In this document: positions 19,488 through 30,002 of the stretch, one piece after another | Position numbering within the stretch: the stretch's first letter is position 1 | Layout: each line of letters begins with the position of its first letter | Assembly: GCA_041690595.1 (NCBI GenBank) | Contig: JAWLHB010000019.1 | Location: 76,335 to 140,334, forward strand | Source of the DNA: Lentisphaeria bacterium | Lineage (GTDB): Bacteria > Verrucomicrobiota > Lentisphaeria > JABSQK01 > JAWLHB01 | Direction: 5' to 3' | Length of the DNA stretch: 64,000 nt | Program-made: the position numbers and the translations under genes | The notes under the pieces: model-generated | Told to the model about the DNA's origin: nothing | Databases searched by the model: none | The model's input: the letters and a program-made list of their open reading frames with translations, nothing else

Positions 19488-20921
19488 ATGTCACAGAGCG
19501 AATCCTCTTTCAAGCGCACAATCCTGTGCATCGGAGCGGGCTACGTCGGCGGCCCGACCATGGCGATCATCGCGGCGAAATGCCCGGACTACAAGGTGGT
19601 GGTGGTCGATATCAACGAGGAGCGGATCGCGCAGTGGCAATCGGACGAGCTGCCGATCTATGAGCCGGGCTTGCAGGAGGTGGTGGAGAGCGCGCGCGGC
19701 CGGAATCTCTTCTTTTCGACTGACATTGCCGGTAGCATCGACAGCGCCGATATCATCTTCGTGAGCGTCAACACGCCGACCAAATGCTTCGGTCGCGGCA
19801 ACGGCATGGCGGCGGACTTGCAGTATTGGGAAAAGACAGCGCGGCAGATACGCGAGTGCTCCAGCCGCGACAAGATCGTGGTGGAGAAGAGCACACTGCC
19901 GGTGCGAACCGCCGAGGCGATGGATCGAATCCTGAATTGGGGCGAGTCGACGGTGCATTTCGAGGTCTTGTCAAATCCGGAGTTTCTGGCGGAAGGGACG
20001 GCGGTGCGGGATCTGGAGGTGCCGGATCGGGTACTGATCGGCGGTGGCCAGAGCGCGGCGGCCGCGCGGGCGGTGCAGGAGCTGGTGGATGTTTATGCTC
20101 ACTGGGTGCCGCGGGAGCGTATCGTGACGACGAATGTCTGGTCGAGCGAGCTGTCGAAGCTGGCGGCCAATGCCTTTCTGGCGCAGCGGATCAGCTCGAT
20201 CAACAGCTTGTCGGCGTTGTGTGAGGCGACGGAAGCGGATGTGGACGAGGTGGCCCGGGCAGTCGGCATGGACAGCCGGATCGGCTCTCGCTTTCTGCGG
20301 GCGGGGGTCGGTTTTGGCGGAAGCTGCTTCAAGAAGGATATTCTCAACCTGGTCTACCTCTGCGGCCATTATGGATTGGAGGAGGTTGCGGACTATTGGC
20401 GCAACGTGGTGCGGATCAACGACTACCAGCGGATGCGCTTTGTCGACCGGATGATCACCGAGATGTTCAATACGGTGGTGGGCAAGCGGATAGCGATCTT
20501 CGGTTTCGCCTTCAAGGCGGATACTGGGGATACGCGGGAAAGTCCGGCCATCCATGTCTGCCGGCAGTTGCATGAGGAGCGTGCCGACCTGGTGGTGACG
20601 GATCCGAAGGCGCTGGTGAATGCCAGGCAGGATCTGAAGGATATCGACGGGGCCATCGTCTATGAGGAGGATCCGTATGTGGCGGCGGAAGGCGCCCACG
20701 CGATCGCGGTGCTGACGGACTGGCAGCAGTATCGCGAGCTGGACTTCGAACGCATCTTTGCGAGCATGCAGAAGCCGGCCTTCGTCTTCGATGGGCGAAA
20801 TCTTCTCGACCATCGGCGCCTTTACGAGATCGGCTTCAACGTCTATCCGATCGGGAAATCACCGTTGACGCGCACGCGACGGCAATCGTCGGGCGTGATG
20901 GCGTTCGAGTACGAGAACTGA
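19488..20921 (+). CDS. ugd: UDP-glucose 6-dehydrogenase
   Basis: [57 protein letters not shown]. Confidence 0.96.
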   Translation: MSQSESSFKRTILCIGAGYVGGPTMAIIAAKCPDYKVVVVDINEERIAQWQSDELPIYEPGLQEVVESARGRNLFFSTDIAGSIDSADIIFVSVNTPTKCFGRGNGMAADLQYWEKTARQIRECSSRDKIVVEKSTLPVRTAEAMDRILNWGESTVHFEVLSNPEFLAEGTAVRDLEVPDRVLIGGGQSAAAARAVQELVDVYAHWVPRERIVTTNVWSSELSKLAANAFLAQRISSINSLSALCEATEADVDEVARAVGMDSRIGSRFLRAGVGFGGSCFKKDILNLVYLCGHYGLEEVADYWRNVVRINDYQRMRFVDRMITEMFNTVVGKRIAIFGFAFKADTGDTRESPAIHVCRQLHEERADLVVTDPKALVNARQDLKDIDGAIVYEEDPYVAAEGAHAIAVLTDWQQYRELDFERIFASMQKPAFVFDGRNLLDHRRLYEIGFNVYPIGKSPLTRTRRQSSGVMAFEYEN

Positions 20922-21317
20922 GGTCTCGTGAGGCGGTTCCGGCGGCGTGGATGGACCGGATGGGATGGCTTGATCTGGGTTGGCGATAGAGGGGGGCATG
21001 AGGTGACCAAGCTGAGACACTCCCGGATTCTGATAACAAGCATCACCGTATAGGGTTCATCATCCTGCTTGGTCCCGGTTTGAGCAGCAGTTCAAGATCG
21101 GTACCTTATGCAATGGCTGGAGGTATCTTGCTGTTGCTCGTGGCTTTGCCGGAAATACTGAGGCACTTCCAGAGGTGAGGTGAGTGCCAGTCCCAGTGCG
21201 TGGAAGGCCTGGCGCGGTCGATTGGAGGGGAGACAAAGTCCCGTCGGGAAGCCAGGCGTCTTTTGTCAAGACTCCTGAGATCCGAGCGGTTGTGTTCTGC
21301 TTGTGTCGCGTGTGATT

Positions 21318-22235
21318 TCACACGCGCTCGACAGCATCGGGCCTGTCTTCGGTAAGCCCGCAGGATGCAAGGCGTCGGCGGGCTTCCGCAAGATGATCCT
21401 CGTCCGGAGGCGGCAGTCCCGGCAGGGGGTTCTTCATTCCAAGGGATTCGTACTTCGATCCGGCGAAGGGATTATAGGGAAGGAGTCTGACGCGCGGGCG
21501 CCGGTCAAGGTCTGCGAGGAATTGGCCGATGCGATCGATTTCGCCATCGTTATACCCCGGAACAAAAGGAATGCGGACTTCGATTCTGGCGCCTATCTTA
21601 TCGAGATGTCGCAGGTTGTCGGGAATGGGGCCGCATGGCCTTCCGGTGCAGCGTGAGTGCACGACATCGTCAAGGGCCTTGATGTCGTAGAGAAAGTCAT
21701 CGGTCCAAGGAGCGACACGGTCGATCGCTTCGCGCGTAACGAAGCCGCAGGTGTCCACAGCCGTGCGGATGCCCTCCGCCTTGAGTTCGCGTAGAAGTGG
21801 CTCGCAGAATTCGTCCTGAAGCAGGCATTCGCCGCCGGAGAGAGTGACACCGCCGCCGGAGTTGTCGTAGAATGGGCGGTCTTCGAGGAGCACTGGCAGA
21901 AGGTCTTCAATCGTCACATCGCGCCCACAGCGGACCAAGGCCTCATTTTGGCAGGCGGCAGCACAGACGCCACAGCCGGTACAGCGGTCGCGGTCCAGCA
22001 GAGGGGTGCCGTCCGGCCCGGTTGCGAGGGCGCTTTTGGGGCAAAGGCTTAGGCAGTCGCCGCATTGACTGCACCTTTGGCGGTGGAAGGCGAGACGCGG
22101 TTCTGGCGCAATGCCCTCGGGGTTGTGGCACCAGAGACAGCGCAGGGGGCACCCGCTGAAGAAGATCGTTGTGCGGATGCCGTCGCCGTCGTGAACGGCG
22201 AAGCGCTTGATGTCGAAGATGCGTCCTCGAATCAT
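21318..22235 (-). CDS. Glycyl-radical enzyme activating enzyme (radical SAM with ferredoxin insert)
   Basis: HDGDGIRT, CPLRCLWCHNPE (CxxxCxxC), two CxxCxxCxxxC motifs, GGVTLSGGE. Confidence 0.93.
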   Translation of the reverse strand: MIRGRIFDIKRFAVHDGDGIRTTIFFSGCPLRCLWCHNPEGIAPEPRLAFHRQRCSQCGDCLSLCPKSALATGPDGTPLLDRDRCTGCGVCAAACQNEALVRCGRDVTIEDLLPVLLEDRPFYDNSGGGVTLSGGECLLQDEFCEPLLRELKAEGIRTAVDTCGFVTREAIDRVAPWTDDFLYDIKALDDVVHSRCTGRPCGPIPDNLRHLDKIGARIEVRIPFVPGYNDGEIDRIGQFLADLDRRPRVRLLPYNPFAGSKYESLGMKNPLPGLPPPDEDHLAEARRRLASCGLTEDRPDAVERV

Positions 22236-24475
22236 CGGATGTTCTCCGCACGCTCGATATAGGCTGCCTGCTCCTGTGGGTCGAGATTGTTCCAGAGGAC
22301 GTTCCAGCCGCAGACACGCACCTGGAGGTTGCGATAGCGCTCGGGATGCTCCTGTGCGTCGCGCAGGATTGCGGCGTCCATCACGTTGAACTGGATGGAG
22401 GCCCCTCCTCCTTTGCGATAGGTTTCGAGCAGGGCGTCCCAGGCTTTCATGCCGTCCTCGCCGGCGACGGCGGAGGGATGGAGCATGACGTCGAGGCAGA
22501 AGCCTTCCATGTACTGCTGGGGATGAAGCTTCAAGGCGGAGAGGATGAGGGCTGTCGCCCCGTTTCGATCCATACCGACGCTTGGCGAGGCGTTCTTCGA
22601 GAGTTCATCGCCTTGTCGGCGGCCATCTGGGGAAGCGCCACAAGCGCTACCGAAGCTGCGGAAGTGAAGTGCGGCGTGCATTTCTGCCTTGTAAATGCCG
22701 CCGCGCGAGTTGGGCCGCAGGTTGATCCGCCCGAGCAGGTAGGAGGAGAATGCTTCCGCGAGGGCATCGGTTTCAGGCTCGTGGTTGCCGAACTTGAAGG
22801 GCAGGCGGCGCACGGCGCGGCGGATGGGTTCGTATCCATCCCAGTTTGCATCGAGGGCGGCCTTGAGTTCGTCGAGAGTGATGCGCCTCTCGTCGTAGAC
22901 CATTTTCTTCACGGTCATCATGGTATCTACGGCACTGGCGAAGCCGATGCAGAGGAGGCTGCTGTTGTTGTAGGACATGCCTTCCGCGTATGCCGGGATG
23001 CCGCGGCGAAGGGCGTTTTCGCAGACGGGGGTGAGCATGATTGAGGGGTTGATGTCTTCAAGACGCCCCTCGTAGCAGTCTGTGAACCGTATCGCCTGGT
23101 CGATCAATGCGTCAAGCTGCCGCAGGCATGCGGTGCGGAAGTCCGAAAAAGTTTGTAGCGTGTGAATATGGCCGGTCGGTGGGCCGAGTTGAAAGCCGGT
23201 GTCGTGGTCAGTCCCATTACCGAAGACGAGTTGGACGGCTTTGAGCAGGTTCAGATAGATACTGAGGGTGACGTTTTCGTTGCCTCGAACGCGATACTCG
23301 TAGCATCCGCTAATGTCCGCGGTGCGCGCTTCTTGCAGCGTGGCGCCATATCCCATCATGGCGCGAATCATGGCGTCTTCACAGACGAAGACGATGCTAC
23401 TGGTGCCGCGCCGGATCATGTCGAGCGCCTTTCGGCGAAAGGCGGCGGGTGTTCCGGCGCCGATCTTGATCTGAATTTTAGGGTTGTAGATGTGGAGCGT
23501 GTCGTAGACATCGAGAATGAGGTATGAGACGTCGTCCACGGTGCAGCGCCCCTGCTCGTCCGATCCGCCGAGGTAAAAGGGATGCCCCCAATAGTTTCCA
23601 ATGGCCGAAAACTGCATGAGGAAGTAGGAGAGGAAGGTTCGAATATGCAGCTCCGTCCAGCGGCCCGAGGCGAGATCCCGCTGGATGAAGGGCCGGAGGG
23701 ATGCATCCAAGCCGTTGCCGAGGGAGCGAACCTGATAGTGGTCGACACTCTCGCAGATCAGAAAGAAGAGATAGATCGTTTGAAGAGCCTCGTAGGTGTC
23801 AGTCGGGGGGCCATCGTGGAGATGGGCGAGGCATTTGGAGAGGATGGGGCTCTTTTCGAAGAGCTGCGCCTCGGCGCAGCGGCGCATTCTCTCAAGGAGG
23901 CGTAGAATGGCGCGGTATTCAATGGTCATGGCATCGAAGAATGCGGCTCGTTCCGGGTTGAGCCTTTGGGCGTTTCGATGATGTTCGCGGTGGTGGAAGA
24001 TGCGCTGCAGCAGGCCTGGAAAGCCGAGCGAGAGAATGGATTGCCAGTCCGGCACCGAATGGTCGTAGTCCGGCCGCATGTCGAGAGCGCCGCCCTGTCG
24101 TGCGGCATACTGGAATTCGATCAGCTCGGGGGGGAGGGTGGCGAACACATCTTTTTCCCACTTCCGAATGGTCGTTTGGGCGATCATGCGGCACCAAGCG
24201 TCGATACCGACAAAGTAGTCGTGTGGGCTGACATACAGGCGGGTATTATCAAGGATGTAGGCGACAGCGTGAGCCTTCTGAAGGGAATGTGGAAGGTCAG
24301 CGTGCTCTGCGGCAAGGACCTCGAGGCCGGATCGGATGTCCAAGTCGTCCAGACCCGTTTCGGGGGCATATCCAGTGCCGTGGTACGCCATGCGGATAAA
24401 TGGATTAAACGGCTCGTCCGTGCGGTGATACTTGCTCTCGATGAATGTTCTGTCTTTTTCGATGGAGTGTGTCAT
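22232..24475 (-). CDS. Glycyl radical enzyme (PFL-like superfamily), substrate unknown
   Basis: Cys loop SGCYE, KFGN, GASPDGR, QFNV, glycyl loop NLQVRVCGW. Coupled to the activase by a 4-nt overlap. Confidence 0.9.
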   Translation of the reverse strand: MTHSIEKDRTFIESKYHRTDEPFNPFIRMAYHGTGYAPETGLDDLDIRSGLEVLAAEHADLPHSLQKAHAVAYILDNTRLYVSPHDYFVGIDAWCRMIAQTTIRKWEKDVFATLPPELIEFQYAARQGGALDMRPDYDHSVPDWQSILSLGFPGLLQRIFHHREHHRNAQRLNPERAAFFDAMTIEYRAILRLLERMRRCAEAQLFEKSPILSKCLAHLHDGPPTDTYEALQTIYLFFLICESVDHYQVRSLGNGLDASLRPFIQRDLASGRWTELHIRTFLSYFLMQFSAIGNYWGHPFYLGGSDEQGRCTVDDVSYLILDVYDTLHIYNPKIQIKIGAGTPAAFRRKALDMIRRGTSSIVFVCEDAMIRAMMGYGATLQEARTADISGCYEYRVRGNENVTLSIYLNLLKAVQLVFGNGTDHDTGFQLGPPTGHIHTLQTFSDFRTACLRQLDALIDQAIRFTDCYEGRLEDINPSIMLTPVCENALRRGIPAYAEGMSYNNSSLLCIGFASAVDTMMTVKKMVYDERRITLDELKAALDANWDGYEPIRRAVRRLPFKFGNHEPETDALAEAFSSYLLGRINLRPNSRGGIYKAEMHAALHFRSFGSACGASPDGRRQGDELSKNASPSVGMDRNGATALILSALKLHPQQYMEGFCLDVMLHPSAVAGEDGMKAWDALLETYRKGGGASIQFNVMDAAILRDAQEHPERYRNLQVRVCGWNVLWNNLDPQEQAAYIERAENIR

Positions 24476-25003
24476 GACGGCTTCTGGCGAGCTGGGATGG
24501 GGGACTGGGTGCTGGCAACGATCTGATGCATCCTCTTCGTGACGAAATCACTCCTGATATGCCTCTGCCCGATGCTCTGCACATGATGCACCAAGTTGGT
24601 TCACTGAAACGGCGCCAGTGGTCGAAGCGCAAGACGGTCGACGTTGTGCAGGACTGAGCTTAAAACAATACGCTATCAGGAAAAATAAGCCAGGGCAAGC
24701 GTGGATTGCGATCCCGCGGCGAATGCCAGCGTGAAGAGGCTTGTCGCTTTTGGTGGCCGGCCGCGGAGTCACTTTCGGGCCGGTGTACCCTATGCGGCTG
24801 TGGGGAGCTGTTTACCAAACGAAGTCTGCTGGAAGGGAGTGCTACTGGCGAGATCTTCAAAAGTTCATGAACTATAGAGATCCTGAGTCGCGACAGCGTT
24901 GATCCCGGAGCGCGCGCATGACGTGGGTAACCGTCCCTTGGCTGAAGGGTGTTCACGCGGTTGCCCGATTCGTGCACCCACAAATTCACAAACGGATCGG
25001 TGC

Positions 25004-25032
25004 TTGCCAATTCCGGGTCAGCGAGGTAAACT
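25004..25032 (+). promoter_or_regulatory. sigma70-type promoter
   Basis: TTGCCA-N17-TAAACT. Confidence 0.55.
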
Positions 25033-25115
25033 GAATCTGTCCTGTGCAGGCAGGAATGGGTAGTCCGGGGGGCCGTCATGAAGAATGTGAAAGCAGCTTT
25101 GAAGGAATGAGCGAT

Positions 25116-27095
25116 ATGGGCATGAACAGTTTTGCGCACATGGTGCAGGAATACTATGTGCAGCGGCTCCGGGAGCGCTTCGGCATCCGAAAGGAGCGTC
25201 TGGCGTCGCTGCGAACACGGCAGGATGCGGAGGGGTATGTGGCTGAAGTGGCGGCGCTGGCGCCGGGGATCTTCTCGCCATTTCCGCCGCGTTGTCCGCT
25301 GAACGCGCAGGTGACGGGCAGGCTGGAGCTGGACGGGGTGCGGGTAGAGAAGATCACCTTTGTGAGCCGGCCGGGGTGTCTGGTCACGGCCAATCTGTAT
25401 CTGCCCGCGAAGTTGGAGGCGCCGGCTCCCGGGGTGCTGGTGCCCTGTGGGCACAGCGCTAACGGGAAGGCCAACAGCGGCTATCAGGCGGCGTGCATGC
25501 GCCTCGCGCTGCATGGTTTTGTGGCGCTCATTTACGATCCGTTTCATCAGGGGGAGCGCGACCAGTATGTGCACCTGCGCGATCAGGAAGCGGTTGCGGG
25601 GCCGACGACTGGGCACAACATGATGGGCAAGCAGCTCGAGCTGGTCGGCGAATGGTTCGGCACGTGGCGCACCTGGGACGGCATGCGGGCGGCGGATCTG
25701 CTTGGTGAGCGTCCGGAGGTGGACAGCAGTCGGCTGGGTATCACCGGCAACTCGGGAGGCGGGACGCTGACGACTTGGCTGTGGGCGTGCGACGACCGCT
25801 TCACGATGGCTGCGCCGAGCTGCTTTACCACGACGATTCTGGCGAATCTGGAGAACGAGCTGCCGGCGGATGCGGAGCAATACCCTCACGGCTTGATAGG
25901 GGCGGGACTGGAGCGCACGGATTTGCTGATCGGGCGGGCGCCGAAACCCTTGCTTGTCCTGGGGCAGGAGTATGACTTTTTCGACCGGCGCGGCCTGCGG
26001 GAGGCGTATGAGGAGCTGCGGCATATCTATACGCTGCTTGGTGCGGAAGATTCGCTGGGCTTCTTTGCGGACACGAAGGGGCATGGCTTCAGCGCGGCCA
26101 ACCAGATCGCGATGATCGAGTTTTTCTGCCGGCATTCGGGGATGCCGTGGGAGGGGGCGATCGAGCCGCCGGATCCGCGGCCGGATATCGACCTGCTGGC
26201 TACGCCGGAGGGGAGTGATATCAAGGCGGGCGCTCGCTCGATCCATGTGCACATCCACGACCGGGCCATCGAGCTGGCGGCGAGTCGTCCGGCGGTGAAA
26301 GGGGAGAAACTGCCCGCGATCTTCGCGAAGCTGGCGAATCTGCCGGCTGGTGGCGGAGCGGTACCGCATCATCGAGTCCTGCGGGCGGTGCGGCTGGCCG
26401 ATCGGGTGGTGGGACGGTACGCGATCGAGACGGAGCCAGGCATCCTGGCGCTGGTCAAGCATCCGGTGAGCGACCCGAATCACGCTCTTGTGCTGGAGCC
26501 GGGCCCGGAGGTGACGGTCTACGTGCCGCATCTGTCGAGCGAGGAGGATCTGGAGCAAGAGCCGTGGGCGGCGGAGTTGCTGGAGCGGGATCTGTACGCG
26601 ATTGACGTTCGGGGGCTCGGCGAGTCGATGCCCAACGTCCATCCGGACGAGAGGTTCATGTCTTACGCCGGCATGGACTACATGTACCATGGCACCGGCC
26701 TGATGCTGGGCGAAAGCTACCTCGGGCGGCGGGTTCACGACCTGCTGCAGAGTGTACGGGTGCTGCGCGCGGCCGGGGCGGAGCAAATTCACCTGTATGG
26801 CCGGGGCCAGGGATCGCTGATCGCCCTATTCGCGGCGGTGATGAGCCGCGACTTCGCCAGCGTGCACCTGCAGCATACGCCGCGGAGTTTCCTGGAGTGG
26901 ACGGAGGCGCCGGTCGTCACCTGGCCGGCGGCCAACTTCCCGCGAGGCATTCTGTCCGTGGCGGATCTGGCGGACTTTCATCACCTGCTTGGGGAGTCGC
27001 TACACCTGTACGAGACATGGGATGCGCGGATGATGGCGTGGAGCGCGGGAGATGCTCAGCCAGAGCCGGCGGGGCTCACGCGGGCTGATGCGTAG
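25116..27095 (+). CDS. Two-domain alpha/beta hydrolase (acetyl xylan esterase-like)
   Basis: VTANLYLP, PCGHS, QGER, GITGNSGGG nucleophile elbow. Second domain has DVRGLGE and YGRGQG (no Ser). Start approximate. Confidence 0.82.
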   Translation: MGMNSFAHMVQEYYVQRLRERFGIRKERLASLRTRQDAEGYVAEVAALAPGIFSPFPPRCPLNAQVTGRLELDGVRVEKITFVSRPGCLVTANLYLPAKLEAPAPGVLVPCGHSANGKANSGYQAACMRLALHGFVALIYDPFHQGERDQYVHLRDQEAVAGPTTGHNMMGKQLELVGEWFGTWRTWDGMRAADLLGERPEVDSSRLGITGNSGGGTLTTWLWACDDRFTMAAPSCFTTTILANLENELPADAEQYPHGLIGAGLERTDLLIGRAPKPLLVLGQEYDFFDRRGLREAYEELRHIYTLLGAEDSLGFFADTKGHGFSAANQIAMIEFFCRHSGMPWEGAIEPPDPRPDIDLLATPEGSDIKAGARSIHVHIHDRAIELAASRPAVKGEKLPAIFAKLANLPAGGGAVPHHRVLRAVRLADRVVGRYAIETEPGILALVKHPVSDPNHALVLEPGPEVTVYVPHLSSEEDLEQEPWAAELLERDLYAIDVRGLGESMPNVHPDERFMSYAGMDYMYHGTGLMLGESYLGRRVHDLLQSVRVLRAAGAEQIHLYGRGQGSLIALFAAVMSRDFASVHLQHTPRSFLEWTEAPVVTWPAANFPRGILSVADLADFHHLLGESLHLYETWDARMMAWSAGDAQPEPAGLTRADA

Positions 27096-29091
27096 CTTCC
27101 ATGTCGGCGGGGTCGCTCTCGAGGATATCTCGGACCTTGCGGGTCAGACCGTGGGGGGTGAAGGGCTTCTGCAGGAAAGCCTGCTTGAGGTGGAGGTCGT
27201 CGAGTTGGCTGAGCCGGTCAGTGTAGCCTGACATGAAGAGAACGCGCATCTCCGGTCGAAATTGAAGGAGGGCCTTGGCGAGATCGGTGCCGTACATGCC
27301 AGGCATGATGACATCGGTGAGCAGGAGATGGATGGTGCCCTGATGCTGCTCGGCTTTGGCGAGTGCTTCGCCGGCGTCGGCCGCGGTGAGGACCCGGTAG
27401 TTTTGGGCGACGAGAATCTCCTGAGTGAGGGCCCGCAGCTCGTCCTCGTCTTCGGCGATGAGGATGGTTTCCTGTTCACCGGGGGTCAGGCAGGTCTCTT
27501 CGACCTTTTCGACGGTGAAGGTTTCGGAGCACAGGGGGAAGTAGAGGGAGAAGGTGGATCCTTTGCCGACTTCGCTGGTGACGTAGACATGTCCGTTGAA
27601 CTGGGTGACGATGCCGTAGACCATCGCGAGTCCCAGCCCGGTGCCTTTGCCGATTCCCTTGGTCGTGAAGAAGGGTTCGAAGATGCGCCCGAGCAGTTCC
27701 TTGTCCATGCCGCAGCCGGTATCGGTGACCGAGAGAACGAGGTAGTCGCCCGGTCGGCCGCGGAAGGTCCCTTCGAGCATACCTGGTTTGAGGGGGCTCA
27801 TGCCGGTGCTGATGGTGATCTGGCCGCCACGCTCCATGGCGTCGCGGGCATTGACGACGAGGTTCATCAGCGCCTGCTCGATCTGGCCCGGATCGGCCTT
27901 GATGCGGGGCATTGGGGCCTTCAGTTCAGTCACCAGTTCGACATCTTCGCCGATGAGGCGCTTGAGCATCTTCAGCAGATCCTCGATGAGGATGTTGACG
28001 TTGAGGACGCTGGGGCGCACGACCTGCTTGCGGCTGAAGGCGAGCAACTGGCGGGTGAGCATGGCAGCCCGTTGAGCGGCTTGCTGGATGCTTTCCAGGT
28101 TGCGCGTCAGCTTGCCATTTTCCTTGTCGTTCTTGATCTGGAGGAGCTGAGTCTGGCCGAGAATGATGGTGAGCAGGTTGTTGAAGTCGTGGGCGACGCC
28201 GCCGGCGAGCTGGCCGATGGCCTCCATCTTTTGGGCCTGGCGCAGTTGCCTGGAGAGATCTGCCTCGCGGGTGATGTCGCGTTCGGTGGCCACGAGGTGG
28301 GTGACGCGGCCGTCCTCGCGGACCGGGCTGATGCGTACATCGGCTTCGAAGAGAGAGCCATCCTTCTTCTTGTTGGTGAGGCAGCCGGCCCAGGCGAGAC
28401 CATCCACCATGTGATGCCACATGTCCTTGTAGACGGCCTTGGTCGTCTGCCCACTTCTGAGCATGGCGGGAGTCTGCCTCATGGATTCCGCGGCGGTATA
28501 GCCGGTGATCTGCTCGAAGGCGGAATTGACGTACTGGATCTTGCCGTCGGTGTCGCAGATCATGATGGCGTCGGAGGACTGCTCGACGACAATGGCGAGG
28601 CGCCGATAGCGGGCTTCGGCTTCACGGCACTTGTCAATAACCTTGATCAGGCGCTCGTTGGTCTCGAGCAGGTCGCGGGTGCGCAGATCGATGACCTCCT
28701 GCAGCTTCCGCCGGTGGAGATCCAGTTCGAGGAAGATCTGCACCTTGCTCAGCAGGATGTCGGGGTTATAGGGCTTGGTGATGAAGTCGACGGCGCCGGC
28801 TTCGTAGCCGCGGAAGACATGGATGTCGTCGGAGAAGGCAGCGGAGAGGAAGATGATGGGCATGTTGCGGGTGGCGGCTTCATCGCGGAGGATGGCGGCG
28901 AGTTCGTAGCCATCCATGCCGGGCATGTGGACGTCGAGGATCCCCAGAGCGAACTCGTGATTGAGGGTGCTGACCAGAGCTTCGTTGCCGCTGCCGGCTT
29001 CGATCACGTCGACGTCGAGGGTATGCAGGAGGCTGCGCAGGGCAAAGAGATTGGCGGGTTTGTCGTCAACAATCAGCAGTTTCTGTTTCAT
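27076..29091 (-). CDS. Hybrid sensor kinase REC-PAS-HisKA-HATPase-REC
   Basis: LDVHMP, PAS YVNSAFEQITGY, GGVAHDFNNLL, NARDAM, GTGLGL, LLTDVIMP. Confidence 0.95.
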   Translation of the reverse strand: MKQKLLIVDDKPANLFALRSLLHTLDVDVIEAGSGNEALVSTLNHEFALGILDVHMPGMDGYELAAILRDEAATRNMPIIFLSAAFSDDIHVFRGYEAGAVDFITKPYNPDILLSKVQIFLELDLHRRKLQEVIDLRTRDLLETNERLIKVIDKCREAEARYRRLAIVVEQSSDAIMICDTDGKIQYVNSAFEQITGYTAAESMRQTPAMLRSGQTTKAVYKDMWHHMVDGLAWAGCLTNKKKDGSLFEADVRISPVREDGRVTHLVATERDITREADLSRQLRQAQKMEAIGQLAGGVAHDFNNLLTIILGQTQLLQIKNDKENGKLTRNLESIQQAAQRAAMLTRQLLAFSRKQVVRPSVLNVNILIEDLLKMLKRLIGEDVELVTELKAPMPRIKADPGQIEQALMNLVVNARDAMERGGQITISTGMSPLKPGMLEGTFRGRPGDYLVLSVTDTGCGMDKELLGRIFEPFFTTKGIGKGTGLGLAMVYGIVTQFNGHVYVTSEVGKGSTFSLYFPLCSETFTVEKVEETCLTPGEQETILIAEDEDELRALTQEILVAQNYRVLTAADAGEALAKAEQHQGTIHLLLTDVIMPGMYGTDLAKALLQFRPEMRVLFMSGYTDRLSQLDDLHLKQAFLQKPFTPHGLTRKVRDILESDPADMEATHQPA

Positions 29092-30002
29092 GACGGGAAT
29101 CCTTGCTCAGGCGTGACGTTGGCGGGTGGCTGGACGCGGTGGGTGGCATGCTCCGGGCGCAGGCGTTGATAGATGCGCCATGCGGAATCGATGACGCGAT
29201 AGGCCTCGTCGAGATGCGGCCAGGCCAGGTGTTCCTTGTGGCCGAAGGTGATGAAGCCGTGGGGCGCTACGCTTTGGGCGAGCTGCTCCATTCCCCGGTG
29301 GCGCGACTCCGGGCCATAGTACATCAGCACATTGCGGCATAGGATGAGATGCATGGTGCCGATCGGCGGATCGGTGAGGAAATCGTGGTGCGCGAAGACG
29401 ACTCCGTTCAAAAGCCGCGGATCGAAGTGCAGCTTGTCGTCGATGACCTTGCAGTAGTCGCCCAGCGCCGCTCGCCCGCCGGCTTCCTTGTAGGCCTTGC
29501 AGGAGGCGGCAAAGGTATCGAGGGGAGCGCAGCCTTCCTTTGCCAGACGCAGGCTGTGATCGTCGATATCGGAAGCGAAGATGGTGCTGCGGTCGAGCAG
29601 GTTGGCTTCCCGCAGGAGGATCGCCATGGAGATGACTTCCAGACCGGTCGAACAGCCTGCGTGCCAGATGCGGAAGTAGGGAAAGGTCTGGAGATAGGGG
29701 ATGACCTGATCGCGCAGCAGACGGAAGCAGGCGGGATCGCGGAAGAGCGATGTCTTCTTGACGATCAGAGCGTCGATGAGCCGCTCCCGGGCGGCGCGGT
29801 CGTGCAGGATGCGGGGTATGAGATCGCCGATGTTGGCCAGCCCTTGTTCGGTGAGATGGCGAAGCAGGTGCTTGTAGAGGAGTGGACGGTCGAACGGCTC
29901 GAGATTGACGCCGGCGGAGCGCTGAAGCGCGGTCAGCAGCAGCTCCAGTTCGATCGTCTCTTCGGCGCTTGCACAGGGGTTGGATGTCGACATGTCCACC
30001 AT
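29088..30002 (-). CDS. cheR: CheR-family protein-glutamate methyltransferase
   Basis: TSLFRD, IWHAGCSTGLE, ASDID, ILCRNVLMY. ATG overlaps the upstream TGA. Confidence 0.88.
   Translation of the reverse strand: MVDMSTSNPCASAEETIELELLLTALQRSAGVNLEPFDRPLLYKHLLRHLTEQGLANIGDLIPRILHDRAARERLIDALIVKKTSLFRDPACFRLLRDQVIPYLQTFPYFRIWHAGCSTGLEVISMAILLREANLLDRSTIFASDIDDHSLRLAKEGCAPLDTFAASCKAYKEAGGRAALGDYCKVIDDKLHFDPRLLNGVVFAHHDFLTDPPIGTMHLILCRNVLMYYGPESRHRGMEQLAQSVAPHGFITFGHKEHLAWPHLDEAYRVIDSAWRIYQRLRPEHATHRVQPPANVTPEQGFPS

Noticed and set aside
22232..24475. True pyruvate formate-lyase (pflB)
   Set aside because: Single Cys (GCYE) instead of CC, no RVSGY, and the activase carries a ferredoxin insert.
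24476..25115. Riboswitch or ncRNA upstream of the GRE
   Set aside because: No recognisable conserved riboswitch core by eye; an Rfam scan would be needed.
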